Shown piece after piece: positions 52,301 through 64,000 of a stretch of DNA of 64,000 bases. Position 1 is the stretch's first letter. Each line of letters starts with the position of its first letter. The notes beneath the pieces were generated by a model. It was given only the letters and a program-made list of their open reading frames with translations, did no database searches and was not told the DNA's origin. Position numbers and translations under genes: made by a program. The stretch is from Haliotis cracherodii (Eukaryota): positions 16,802,001 to 16,866,000 of the forward strand of contig NW_027266269.1 of NCBI RefSeq assembly GCF_022045235.1, given 5' to 3'.

Positions 52301-53972
52301 TACCACAAACATAGGTCATTGACCAATATGAGCAACATGCGCTAAGGCTGCTCCAATACCACAAACATAGGTCATTGACCAATATTAGCAACATGCGCTA
52401 AGGGTGCTCCAATACCACAAACATAGGTCACTGACCAATATTAGCAGCATGCGCTAAGGGTGCTCCAATACCACAAACATAGGTCATTGACCAATATTAG
52501 CAACATGCGCTAAGGGTGCTCCAATACCACAAACATAGATCATTGACCAATATTAGCAACATGCGCTAAGGGTGCTCCAATACCGCAAACATAGGTCACT
52601 GACCAATATTAGCAAAATGCTGAGGGTGCTCCAATACCACAAACATAGGTCATTGACCAATATGAGCAACATGCTGAGGGTGCTCCAATACCACAAACAT
52701 AGGTCATTGACCAATATTAGCAACATGCTAAGGGTGCTCCAATACAGCAAACATAGGTCATTGACCAATATTAGCAACATGCGCTAAGGGTGCTCCAATA
52801 CCACAAACATAGGTCACTGACCAATATTAGCAACATGCGCTAAGGGTGCTCCAATACCACAAACATAGGTCATTGACCAATATTAGCAACATGCGCTAAG
52901 CGTGCTTCAATACCACAAACATAGGTCATTGAGCAATATTAGCAAAATGCTGAGGGTGCTCCAATACCACAAACATAGGTCATTGACCAATATGAGCAAC
53001 ATGCTGAGGGTGCTCCAATACCACAAACATAGGTCACTGACCAATATAAGCAACACGTGCTAAGGTTTATCCAATACCACAAACATAGATCATTGACCAA
53101 TATACGCAACATGCGCTAAGGGTGCTCCAATACCACAAACATAGGTCATTGACCAATATTAGCAACATGCGCTAAGGGTACTCCAATACCACAAACATAG
53201 ATCACTGACCAATATTAGCAACATGCGCTAAGGGTACTCCAATACCACAAACATAGATCATTGACCAATATTAGCAACATGCGCTAAGGGTGCTCCAATA
53301 CAGCAAACATAGCTTATTGACCAATATTAGCAGCATGCGCTAAGGGTGCTCCAATACCACAAACATAGGTCATTGACCAATATTAGCAACATGCGCTAAG
53401 GGTGCTCCAATACCACAAACATAGGTCACTGACCAATATTAGCAACATGCGCTAAGGGTGCTCCAATACCACAAACATAGGTCATTGACCAATATTAGCA
53501 ACATGCGCTAAGGGTGTTCCAATACCACAAACATAGATCATTGACCAATATTAGCAACATGCGCTAAGGGTGTTCCAATACCACAAACATAGCTTATTGA
53601 CCAATATTAGCAACATGCGCTAAGGGTGTTCCAATACCACAAACATAGCTTATTGACCAATATTAGCAACATGCGCTAAGGGTGTTCCAATACCACAAAC
53701 ATAGCTTATTGACCAATATTAGCAACATGCGCTAAGGGTGTTCCAATACCACAAACATAGCTTATTGACCAATATTAGCAACATGCGCTAAGGGTGTTCC
53801 AATACCACAAACATAGCTTATTGACCAATATTAGCAACATGCGCTAAGGGTGTTCCAATACCGCAAACATAGCTTATTGACCAACATGCGCTGTGGGTGC
53901 TCCACACAACAAACATAGGTTATTGACCGAGACCAGCAACATGCACTAAGAGTGCTCCAATACCACAAACAT
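49305..53972. repeat. 55-56-bp minisatellite starting at the exon 3 donor; two subtypes
   Basis: Subtype A cattgaccgcgactagccccacacgctaagggtaccccataccacaaacacaggg to about 50220; subtype B ggtgctccaataccacaaacataggtcactgaccaatattagcaacatgcgctaag after that. Confidence 0.97.
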
Positions 53973-54009
53973 CGCCCCATCATCAAAATAGACCGACGTT
54001 CCAGAGCAT

Positions 54010-54125
54010 GTTTGTACGCCGCTTTTAGCAGTGTTCCAGCAGGGGACACCAGTATTGGGATTCAAACATTGTACCCAATGGCGAGGCGGGCGAACGTTTC
54101 AACCACAACGCTAACCCGCCGCTCC
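54010..54125 (-). mobile_element. Internally deleted tRNA-derived SINE
   Basis: Minus-strand head ggagcggcgggttagcgttgtggttgaaacgttcgc and tail ctggaacactgctaaaagcggcgtacaaa, similar to the other SINE tails. Confidence 0.6.
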
Positions 54126-54201
54126 GTTGCAGGGTAGAAGGTTGTTGAATTACATAGCACGATTTACCGCTATACTGACAAGGTGTTTTTGTGTATATCA
54201 G

Positions 54202-54375
54202 ACACACTTCTGGGACAAGGGGACTCCTGCTGAGGAGACTGTGCGGACGTTTGACGACCTCGTCCGGTGCGGTAAGATCCGGTACGGCGGCAACAGCAAC
54301 CTGTGTGGCTGGATGGTGCAGAAGATGGCAGACATCACAGACCGACTTGGGCTCAACCCCTTCATCAGCCTACAG
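54202..54375 (+). CDS. Aldo-keto reductase coding exon 4
   Basis: tatcag|THFWDKGTPAEETVRTFDDLVRCGKIRYGGNSNLCGWMVQKMADITDRLGLNPFISLQ|gtgagc. Catalytic His and GKIRYxGxSN motif. Confidence 0.93.
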
Positions 54376-54799
54376 GTGAGCCAAACACGCATGTATCTCA
54401 ACCCACGGGCCGTACCCATCGTACTTATCAGTTAGTTCCTAAGAAAGATAGGTCTGTGTTAACTCAAGAACCCGCCATGCTCTCATGTTGTGGGTATTAC
54501 CTATTCTGTTGAGAGGGCATTTATGAAATTGAGATTATTTAGAAACCATGTACATGTGTAAAGGGAATCATATATTTAAAAACTACCGACAACCTAATGA
54601 TTTGAAAGTGGCTATCGTTGAGGTGAACATTTACAACATCGTGGAGTCTGAACGCAACATCTAATCACAATGAAAGTTTACGTTATGCATGAACAGCACA
54701 CATAAGGTACACACATAAGACAAACCCACAATCACTAAATCACCTACAACCGCTAAGCACAAGTTTAGAAATGCCTCCGAGACAGTAGCTTTATGTAAA

Positions 54800-55100
54800 G
54801 ACAAAATGGCGAATTGTTGGGACCTCAATACCCCAAGTTCCCAGCATGTTTGGCAGATCAAAGAGTGCAATTTGTCGACAATTCTAAAGAGTACCGTCAA
54901 ACGCGTCTGGTTGCAATGAGACCCGGGCGTGGCAGGCCTTCTAAATGGCACCTATGCAAGATCGTCTCATTACATTACTTACATTACACAATAGATTCGG
55001 CTCCTGTTCTCCAATATAGAATTCCGTACGATAACAGGAAGGCAAATTTCAACATCTACCGTAAAAATGTCTTTATTGAGCCCGCCTGAAAGCGGGTGAG
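54800..55100 (+). mobile_element. Possible Tc1 N-terminal fragment
   Basis: KEYRQTRLVAMRPGRGRP (Tc1 'RSGRP' linker-like). gcccgcctgaaa is shared with a Tc1-like fragment at about 14620-14710. Confidence 0.45.
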
Positions 55101-55105
55101 CGCTA

Positions 55106-56164
55106 CTTGACCACAGATCGACATGTGGTAACTGTGTCTGTGTGTGGTAACTGTGCCTGTGTGGTATATGTGTCTGTGTGTGATAACTGTATCTGTGTGT
55201 GGTAACTGTGTCTGTATGCGGTATATGTGTCTGTGTGTGATAACTGTGTCTGTGTGTGGTAACTGTCTGTGTGGTATATGTGTCTGTGTGTGATAACTGT
55301 GTCTGTGTGTGGTAACTGTGTCTGTGTGTGATAACTGTGTCTATGTGTGGTAACTGTGTCTGTGTGTTGTATGTGTGTCTGTGTGTGGTATAAGTGTCTG
55401 TGTGTGATAACTGTCTGTGTGTGTGGTAACTGTGTCTGTCTGTGTGTGATAACTGTGTCTGTGTGTGGTATATGTGTCTGTGTGTGGTAACTATGTCTGT
55501 GTGTGATAACTGTCTGTGTGTGATAACTCTGTGTTTGTGTGATAACTGTCTGTGTGTGATAACTGTGTCTTTGTGTGGTAACTGTGTCTGTATGTGTCTT
55601 TGTGTGGCAACTGTCTGTGTGGTATATGTGTCTGTGTGTGATAACTGTGTCTGTGTGTAGTAACTGTGTCTGTGTGTCATAATTGTGTCTGTGTGTGGTA
55701 ACTGTGTCTGTGTGTTGTATGTGTGTCTGTGTGTGGTATATGTGTCTGTGTGTGATAACTGTGTCTGTGTGTGATAACTGTGTCTGTGTGTGATACTTGT
55801 CCTCAGATCTACATGTGGTAACTGTGGCTGTGTGTCATAATTGTGTCTGTGTGTGGTAACTGTGTCTGTGTGTTGTATGTGTGTCTGTGTGTGGTATATG
55901 TGTCTGTGTGTGATAACTGTGTTTGTGTGTGATAACTGTGTCTGTGTGTGATACTTGTCCTCAGATCTACATGTGGTAACTGTGGCTGTGTGTCATAATT
56001 GTGTCTGTGTGTGGTAACTGTGTCTGTGTGTTGTATGTGTGTCTGTGTGTGGTATATGTGTCTGTGTTTGATAACTGTGTCGGTGTTATAACTGTGTCTG
56101 TGTGTGATACTTGTCCTCAGATCTACATGTGGTAACTGTGTCTGTGTGTGGTATGTGTCCACAG
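55106..56164. repeat. TG-rich 18-20-bp minisatellite ending at the exon 5 acceptor
   Basis: (tgtgtggtaactgtgtctg / tgtgtgataactgtgtctg)n with a 156-158-bp higher-order unit. Confidence 0.95.
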
Positions 56165-56262
56165 CAACGCTACAGCCTTGGTACCCGTGATTCGGAGTGG
56201 GATGCCTTCGCTGTGTGTAATCAGGTCGGCATGGGTGTGATGGCTTGGGGGACACTGATGAG
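56165..56262 (+). CDS. Aldo-keto reductase coding exon 5
   Basis: tgtccacag|QRYSLGTRDSEWDAFAVCNQVGMGVMAWGTLM(S)|gtgaga, matching QxxYSLxxRxxE...GxGxxxW. Confidence 0.9.
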
Positions 56263-56591
56263 GTGAGACATTCTGAAGGCGATGTTTCATACATTGGCTT
56301 TCGATCTATCTGTGTACCAGGGCATTTCCATATCGTGTTCATCGCAGCAATTCACACGTAGGTATATTCGGACTTACATGTGTAGGATTAGGATGATGCC
56401 ATTATATATTTTGGCTCGATCACTCACGCACTTGTGCGTGATCCAGCTAGCTGTACATTATCATATATCAATTATACAATTGCAGTTCAAAAAATGTCAT
56501 TACCAAAATAAGTTGATTTCGGCTCGAATTTAGAATGACTGTGACATAAAGCCAATATACATTATTACAAAAGCCATATGCCCTGTGACAG

Positions 56592-56779
56592 CGGCCTGCT
56601 CACGGGGAAGTACAAGCGCGGGGACCCGCAGGTCAACAGTAGTCAGGGGACCCGCCTGGCCTGGCTGGCGGAGGACGAGTCCAGGTGTCAGCGGATCTTC
56701 CCCTCTTGGACCAAGCTGCAGGCAGACACACGACTGTGGAACACACTCGACGTTCTCACGCATGTCGCCAACACCCACA
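56592..56779 (+). CDS. Aldo-keto reductase coding exon 6
   Basis: tgacag|(S)GLLTGKYKRGDPQVNSSQGTRLAW...LDVLTHVANTH|gtaggt. GLLTGKY motif; phases agree. Confidence 0.9.
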
Positions 56780-57558
56780 GTAGGTACCACGCTCACACAG
56801 CTTGCCCAACCCGACTGTGTACAGTGTACACGGGCTGACAGGTCTGCCTGGTGTACATAGATTAACAAAATCGGATCAAAACTTAACGGCTGGAACAAAA
56901 TTTAGCTCCATATGAATGCGATCACGATGCCTATTGCTGGTTAAAAGCGATTAAATTGAATTGAAGGCTGAATCTGTTTCTGGAAGTTATGTTTTGGCCA
57001 TTCAACATATTCTCGTAAGTAGGTATACGTTAAGTTAAAGATTGTAGTTTTCAAAGTCATCGTAAACCATGTGGGTATAACTTTTCTAACTGACCCCTTT
57101 ACAGAAATGACATTTCAGTTTACAGACACGCGTGTTTCACGATCGAGCGCTTGGAAGTCTTTTTCAGTCGTTCAGTCGACATTAATCATTTTTCTGAACA
57201 GATATGTTTCAGTTGTGAAAACGTATAGAAATACACCTTGTAATACCGAAATGCAGGGGTCAGCTACAGTGTTAGGTTTGTCGGTAGCCTTTTGCTCAAG
57301 TGTTTTGTTTGAATACGATGGTTTTATTTCCTTCGGTGTGCGGATAGATTCCTGTCGACCGATTTATGCAATTCAATGAAATCATGAGTTGCAGCAGTGA
57401 CTACTTCATCCCTGTAAACGAGGGTTTAACAGTGGACGCCAAGATTGTTATATCTCTGGTATACCAAATAACCATGCACTGCCACACTGCAGATATGCCA
57501 GTCGTGGGAGCCCGCACCTCTTGCAACCGCCTGCTCAACATCTCCAAATGTCTTTCAG

Positions 57559-57698
57559 ATAGGAGTGTATCCCAAGTTGCACAGAAGTGGGTCCTGCAGA
57601 AAAACGTAGCATCAATAATTATCGGCAGCAGGGACATCCCACAACTCGAGGCCAACATGGCGGCTGGCCACAGGGACTGGGAACTCTCCCCACAGGAG
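57559..57698 (+). CDS. Aldo-keto reductase coding exon 7 (final exon lies beyond the window)
   Basis: tctttcag|(N)RSVSQVAQKWVLQKNVASIIIGSRDIPQLEANMAAGHRDWELSPQE|gtagga, the C-terminal NADP-binding segment. No stop codon is reached. Confidence 0.9.
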
Positions 57699-57699
57699 G

Positions 57700-60600
57700 T
57701 AGGACACCAACAACGTTTAACATTAGGACACCTCAGACAACATTTAACATTAGGACACCTCAGACAACATTTAACATTAGGACATCACCGACAACGTTTA
57801 ACATTAGGACATCACCGACAACGTTTAACATTAGGACATCACCGGCAACGTTTAACATTAGGACACCGCCGACAACGTTTAACTTTAGGACACCTCAGAC
57901 ATGTTTCATTAACACACCTCTGACAATGTGATTCATTAGGACATCCCCAACAATGTTTAACACTAGGACACCACCGACAACATTTAACAGAAGGACACCT
58001 CCGACAACGTGTTTTATTAAGACACCTCTGACTGTGTGTTCCATAAGGACACCTCCAACAACGTTTACAATAGGACACCTCTGATAATATGTTTCATTAT
58101 AGACTATTATGACACCTCTGACAATGTTTAACATTAGGACACCTCCGACAGCGTGTTTCATAAGGACACCTCCAACAACGTTTAACATTAGGACACCTAC
58201 GACAGCGTGTTTCATTAAGACACCTACGACAGCGTGTTTCATTAGAACAACTCTGACAACGTGTTGCATTAGGACACCACCGACAATGTGTTTAATCAGG
58301 ACACCTCTGACACCGTGTTTCATCAGAACACATCAGACAGCGTTTCTCATTAGAACACCTACGACAATGTATTCATTAGGACACCTCTGACATCGTTTAG
58401 CATTAAGACACCTCCGACAACGTGTTTCATGAGGAAACCTCAAACAGCGTGTTTCATTAGGACACCTCCGACAACGTGTTTCATTAGGTCACCTCCGACT
58501 GCGTGTTTCATTAGGACATTTCCAACTGTGGGTTTCATTAGGACACCTCCGACATTGTGTTTCATGGGGACACCTCCGACAACGTGTTTCATTAGGAAAC
58601 CTCCGACAACATGTTTCACTAGGACACCTCCGATTGCGTGTTTCATTAGGACACCTCCGACGTGTTTCATTAGGACAACTCCGGCTGTGGGTTTCATTAG
58701 GACAACTCTGACAACGTGTTGGTACATCTCGACAGCGTGTTTCATTAGGACACCTCCGACAGCGTGTCTCATTAGGACACCACTGACAACGTTTAACATT
58801 AGGACACCTCTGACAGTATGATTCACTAGGACACCTCCGACAGTGTGTTTCATGAGGAAACCCCCGACAACATGTTTCACTACGACATCTCCGACTCTGT
58901 GTTACATTAGGACACCTCTGACAATGTGTTTCATTAGGACACCTCAAACAGTGTTTCTCATTAGAACACCTACGACAATGTATTCATTAGGACACCTCTG
59001 ACATCGTTTAGCATTAAGACACCTCCGACAACGTGTTTCATTAGGAAACCTCCGACTGCGTGTTTCATTAGGACATTTCCAACTGTGGGTTTCATTAGGA
59101 CACCTCCGACATTGTGTTTCATGGGGACACCTCCGACAACGTGTTTCATTAGGAAACCTCCGACAACATGTTTCACTAGGACACCTCCGATTGCGTGTTT
59201 CATTAGGACACCTCCGACGTGTTTCATTAGGACAACTCCGGCTGTGGGTTTCATTAGGACAACTCTGACAACGTGTTGGTACATCTCGACAGCGTGTTTC
59301 ATTAGGACACCTCCGACAGCGTGTCTCATTAGGACACCACTGACAACGTTTAACATTAGGACACCTCTGACAGTATGATTCACTAGGACACCTCCGACAG
59401 TGTGTTTCATGAGGAAACCCCCGACAACATGTTTCACTACGACATCTCCGACTCTGTGTTACATTAGGACACCTCTGACAATGTGTTTCATTAGGACACC
59501 TCAAACAGCGTGTTTCATTAGGACACTACCAAATGTGGGTTTCATTAGGACACCTCCGACATTGTGTTTCTTGAGGACACCTCAAACAGCGTGTTTCATT
59601 AGGTAACCTCCGACAACATGTTTCACTAGGACACCTCCGGTTGCGTGTTTCACTAGGACACCTCCAACAACGTGTTTCATCAGAACACATCAGACAGCGT
59701 TTCTCATTAGAACACCTACGACAATGTATTCATTAGGACACCTCTGACATCGTTTAGCATTAAGACACCTCCGACAACGTGTTTCATGAGGAAACCTCAA
59801 ACAGCGTGTTTCATTAGGACACCTCCGACAACGTGTTTCATTAGGTCACCTCCGACTGCGTGTTTCATTAGGACATTTCCAACTGTGGGTTTCATTAGGA
59901 CACCTCCGACATTGTGTTTCATGGGGACACCTCCGACAACGTGTTTCATTAGGAAACCTCCGACAACATGTTTCACTAGGACACCTCCGATTGCGTGTTT
60001 CATTAGGACACCTCCGACGTGTTTCATTAGGACAACTCCGGCTGTGGGTTTCATTAGGACAACTCTGACAACGTGTTGCATTAGGACACCACCGACAATG
60101 TGTTTAATCAGGACACCTCTGACACCGTGTTTCATCAGAACACATCAGACAGCGTTTCTCATTAGAACACCTACGACAATGTATTCATTAGGACACCTCT
60201 GACATCGTTTAGCATTAAGACACCTCCGACAACGTGTTTCATGAGGAAACCTCAAACAGCGTGTTTCATTAGGACACCTCCGACAACGTGTTTCATTAGG
60301 TCACCTCCGACTGCGTGTTTCATTAGGACATTTCCAACTGTGGGTTTCATTAGGACACCTCCGACATTGTGTTTCATGGGGACACCTCCGACAACGTGTT
60401 TCATTAGGAAACCTCCGACAACATGTTTCACTAGGACACCTCCGATTGCGTGTTTCATTAGGACACCTCCGACGTGTTTCATTAGGACAACTCCGACTGT
60501 GGGTTTCATTAGGACACCTTAGACATTGTGTTTTGTGAGGACACCTCAAACAGCGTGTTTCATGAGGACACCTCCGACATTGTGTTTCATGAGAACACCT

Positions 60601-62665
60601 CAAACAGCGTGTTTCATTAGGAAATCTACGACAACATGTTTCACTAGGACACCTCCGATCGCGTGTTTCATGAGGACACCTCAAACAGCGTATTTCATGA
60701 GGACACATCCGACAACATGTTTCACTAGGACACCTCCGATTGCAGGTCTCCTTAGAGCACCTCCGACAGCGTGTTCCATTAGGACACCTCCGACTGCGTG
60801 TTTCATTAGGGCACCTCCGACAATGTGTTTCATTATGACACCTCCGACAACATGTTTCACTGTGACATCTCCGATTGCGTGTCTCCTTAGAGCACCTCTG
60901 ACAGCGTGTTTCATTAGGACACCTCCGACTGTGTGTTTCATTGGAACACCTCCGACAATGTGTTTCATTATGACACCTCCGACAACGTGTTTCATGAGGA
61001 CACCTCCGACTATGTGTTTCATTAGGACACCTCAAACAGCGTGTCTCTTTAGGACACTTCCGACAGCGTGTTTCATTAGGACACTTCCAACTGTGGGTTT
61101 CATTAGGACACCTCCGACATTGTGTTTCATGAGGACATCTCAAACAGCTCGTTTCATAAGAAAACCTCCGACAACATGTTTCACTAGGACACCCCCGATT
61201 GCGTGTTTCCTTAGAGCACCTCCGACAGCGTGTTTCATTAGGACACCTCCTACAATGTGTTTTATTAGGACACCTCCGACAGCATGTTTCATTAGGACAC
61301 CTCCGACAGCTTGTTTCATTGGTACATCTCGACAGCGTGTTTCATTAGGACACCTCCGACAGCGTGTCTCATTAGGACACCACTGACAACGTTTAACATT
61401 AGGACACCTCTGACAGTATGATTCACTAGGACACCTCCGACAGTGTGTTTCATGAGGAAACCCCCGACAACATGTTTCACTACGACATCTCCGACTCTGT
61501 GTTACATTAGGACACCTCTGACAATGTGTTTCATTAGGACACCTCAAACAGCGTGTTTCATTAGGACACTACCAAATGTGGGTTTCATTAGGACACCTCC
61601 GACATTGTGTTTCTTGAGGACACCTCAAACAGCGTGTTTCATTAGGTAACCTCCGACAACATGTTTCACTAGGACACCTCCGGTTGCGTGTTTCACTAGG
61701 ACACCTCCAACAACGTGTTTCATCAGAACACATCAGACAGCGTTTCTCATTAGAACACCTACGACAATGTATTCATTAGGACACCTCAAAAAGCGTGTGT
61801 CATTAGGACACTTCCAACTGTGGGTTTCATTAGGACACCTCCGACAATGTGTTTCATGGGGACACCTCAAACATTGTGTTTCATTAGAAAACCTCTGACA
61901 ACATGTTTCACTAGTACACCTCCGATTGCGTGTATCCTTTGAGCACCTCCGACAGTGTGTTTCATTAGGATACCTCCGACAATGCGTTTCCTTAGGACAC
62001 CTCCGACAGCGTGTCTCATTAGGACTCCTCGGACAATGCGTTTCATGAGGACACCTCCGACAGCTTGTTTCATTGGGACATCTCGACTGCTTGTTTCATT
62101 AGGACACCTCCGACAACAAGTTTCGTTAGGACACCTCCAACAGAGTGTCTCATTAGGACACCTCAAGCAGCGTGTTTCATTAGGAAACTTCCAACTGTGG
62201 GTTTCTTTAGGACACCTCCGACATTGTGTTTCATGAGGACACCTCTAAAAGGGTGTTTCATTAGGACACCTCTGACAACGTGTTTCATTAGGACACCTCC
62301 GACATTGTGTTTCATTAGGACACCTCAAACAGCGTGTTTCATGAGGACACCTCAAACAGCGTGTTTCATGAGGACACCTCCGACAACATGTTTCATTAGG
62401 ACACTTCCCATTGCGGGTCTCCTTAGAGCACCTCCGTCAGCGTGTTTCATGAGGACACCTCCGACAATGTGTTTCATTAGGACACCACCGACAACATGTT
62501 TCACTAGGACACCTCCGACAATGTGTTTCATTATGACACCTCCGACAGTGTGTTTCATGAGGACACCTCCGACAATGTGTTTCATTAGGACACCTCCGAC
62601 AGCATGTCTCATTAGGACACCACTGACAACGTTAAACATTAGGACACCACCGACAATGTGATTTA
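57700..62665. repeat. 27-bp minisatellite starting at the exon 7 donor
   Basis: (ttaggacacctccgacaacgtgtttca)n with several 450-560-bp block duplications. Confidence 0.97.
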
Positions 62666-63985
62666 TTCGACAGTGTTTGTATCAGTGTGACACCTCCAAC
62701 AGTGTGTGTATCAGTGTGACACCTCCAACAATGTGTGTATCAGTGTGACACCTCCAACAGTGTGTGTATAAGTGTGACACCTCCGAAGTGTTTGTATCAG
62801 TGTGACACCGACAGCCCGTGTATCAGGGTTACGCTACCGAAAGTGCTTGTATCGGTGTGACATCTCCGACACTGTGTGTATCGGTGTGACATCTCCGACA
62901 GTGTGTGTATCGGTGTGACATCTCCGACAGTGTGTGTATCGGTGTGACATCTCCGACAGTGTGTGTATCAGTGTGACATCTCTGACAGTGTGTGTATCGG
63001 TGTGACATCTCCGACAGTGTGTGTATCGATGTGACATCTCCGACAGTGTGTGTATCGGTGTGACATCTCCTACAGTGTGTGTATCAGTGTGACATCTCCG
63101 ACAGTGTGTGTATCAGTGTGACATCTCCGACAGTGTGTGTATCGGTGTGACATCTCCGACAGTGTGTGTATTGGTGTGACATCTCCGACAGTGTGTGTAT
63201 CGGTGTGACATCTCCTACAGTGTGTGTATCAGTGTGACATCTCCGACAGTGTGTGTATCAGTGTGATACATCCTGCAGTGTGTGTATCAGTGTGACATCT
63301 CCGACAGTGTGTGTATCAGTGTGATACCTCCGACAGTGTTTGTATCAGTGTGATACCTCCTACAGTGTGTGTATCAGTGTGATACCTCCGACAGTGTGTG
63401 TATCAGTGTGATACCTCCTACAGTGTGTGTATCAGTGTGACATCTCCGACAGTGTGTGTATCAGTGTGATACATCCTACAGTGTGTGTATCGGTGTGATA
63501 CCTCCTACAGTGTGTGTATCAGTGTGATACCTCCTACAGTGTGTGTATCAGTGTGATACATCCTACAGTGTGTGTATCAGTGTGATACCTCCTACAGTGT
63601 GTGTATCAGTGTGATACATCCTACAGTGTGTGTATCAGTGTGACATCTCCGACAGTGTTTGTATCAGTGTGATACATCCTACAGTGTGTGTATCAGTGTG
63701 ATACCTCCTACAGTGTGTGTATCAGTGTGACATCTCCGACAGTGTGTGTATCGGTGTGACATCTCCGACAGTGTGTGTATCGGTGTGACATCTCCGACAG
63801 TGTGTGTATCAGTGTGATACCTCCTACAGTGTGTGTATCGGTGTGACATCTCCGACAGTGTTTGTATCAGTGTGACATCTCCGACAGTGTGTGTATCAGT
63901 GTGATACCTCCTACAGTGTGTGTATCAGTGTGATACCTCCTACAGTGTATATCATTGTGACGTCTCCGACAGCGTGTTTCAATGT
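62666..63985. repeat. 29-bp minisatellite contiguous with and related to the 27-bp array
   Basis: (gtgtgacatctccgacagtgtgtgtatca)n; shares the gaca(c/t)ctccgaca core. Confidence 0.96.
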
Positions 63986-64000
63986 GTGAATGAGTATTTG

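Noticed and set aside
36728-53972. CRISPR-like regular repeats
   Set aside because: Eukaryotic context, head-to-tail units without unique spacers, and no cas genes.
36813-63037. Cys-rich ORFs (QCDCVV, RCPNET, CFIRTPP) resembling metallothioneins or keratin-associated proteins
   Set aside because: They are translations of intronic minisatellites with frequent frameshifts.

Overview
Eukaryotic (animal) genomic DNA; the SINE families resemble those I recall from abalone/gastropod genomes, which is inference only. The window has two intron-containing genes on the + strand. (1) The 3' part of an RFX5/RFX7-like transcription factor: exons 2336-2408, 4144-4348 and a 4.7 kb terminal exon 7390-12071. 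(2) An aldo-keto reductase of the Tas/YajO-like type: a probable TATA box and non-coding exon near 32.7 kb, then 7 coding exons from 36176 to 57698 that splice in frame (981 nt, 327 codons), with the last exon beyond the window. Between and inside the genes are decayed Tc1/mariner copies, a decayed L2/CR1-like LINE, SINEs, MITEs, long hairpins, one assembly gap and about 10 unrelated minisatellite arrays. Nearly all long ORFs from 24.8 kb onward are translation artefacts of these arrays. The main observation is that the arrays filling the reductase introns (about three quarters of the gene span) are anchored at splice junctions. The clearest case is an 8.5 kb array whose unit is the 3' splice site plus the first 24 coding nt of the downstream exon, so a long run of decoy acceptors precedes the real one. 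Three other introns have arrays that start at the donor or end at the acceptor, and the RFX intron array carries both acceptor and donor consensus motifs.
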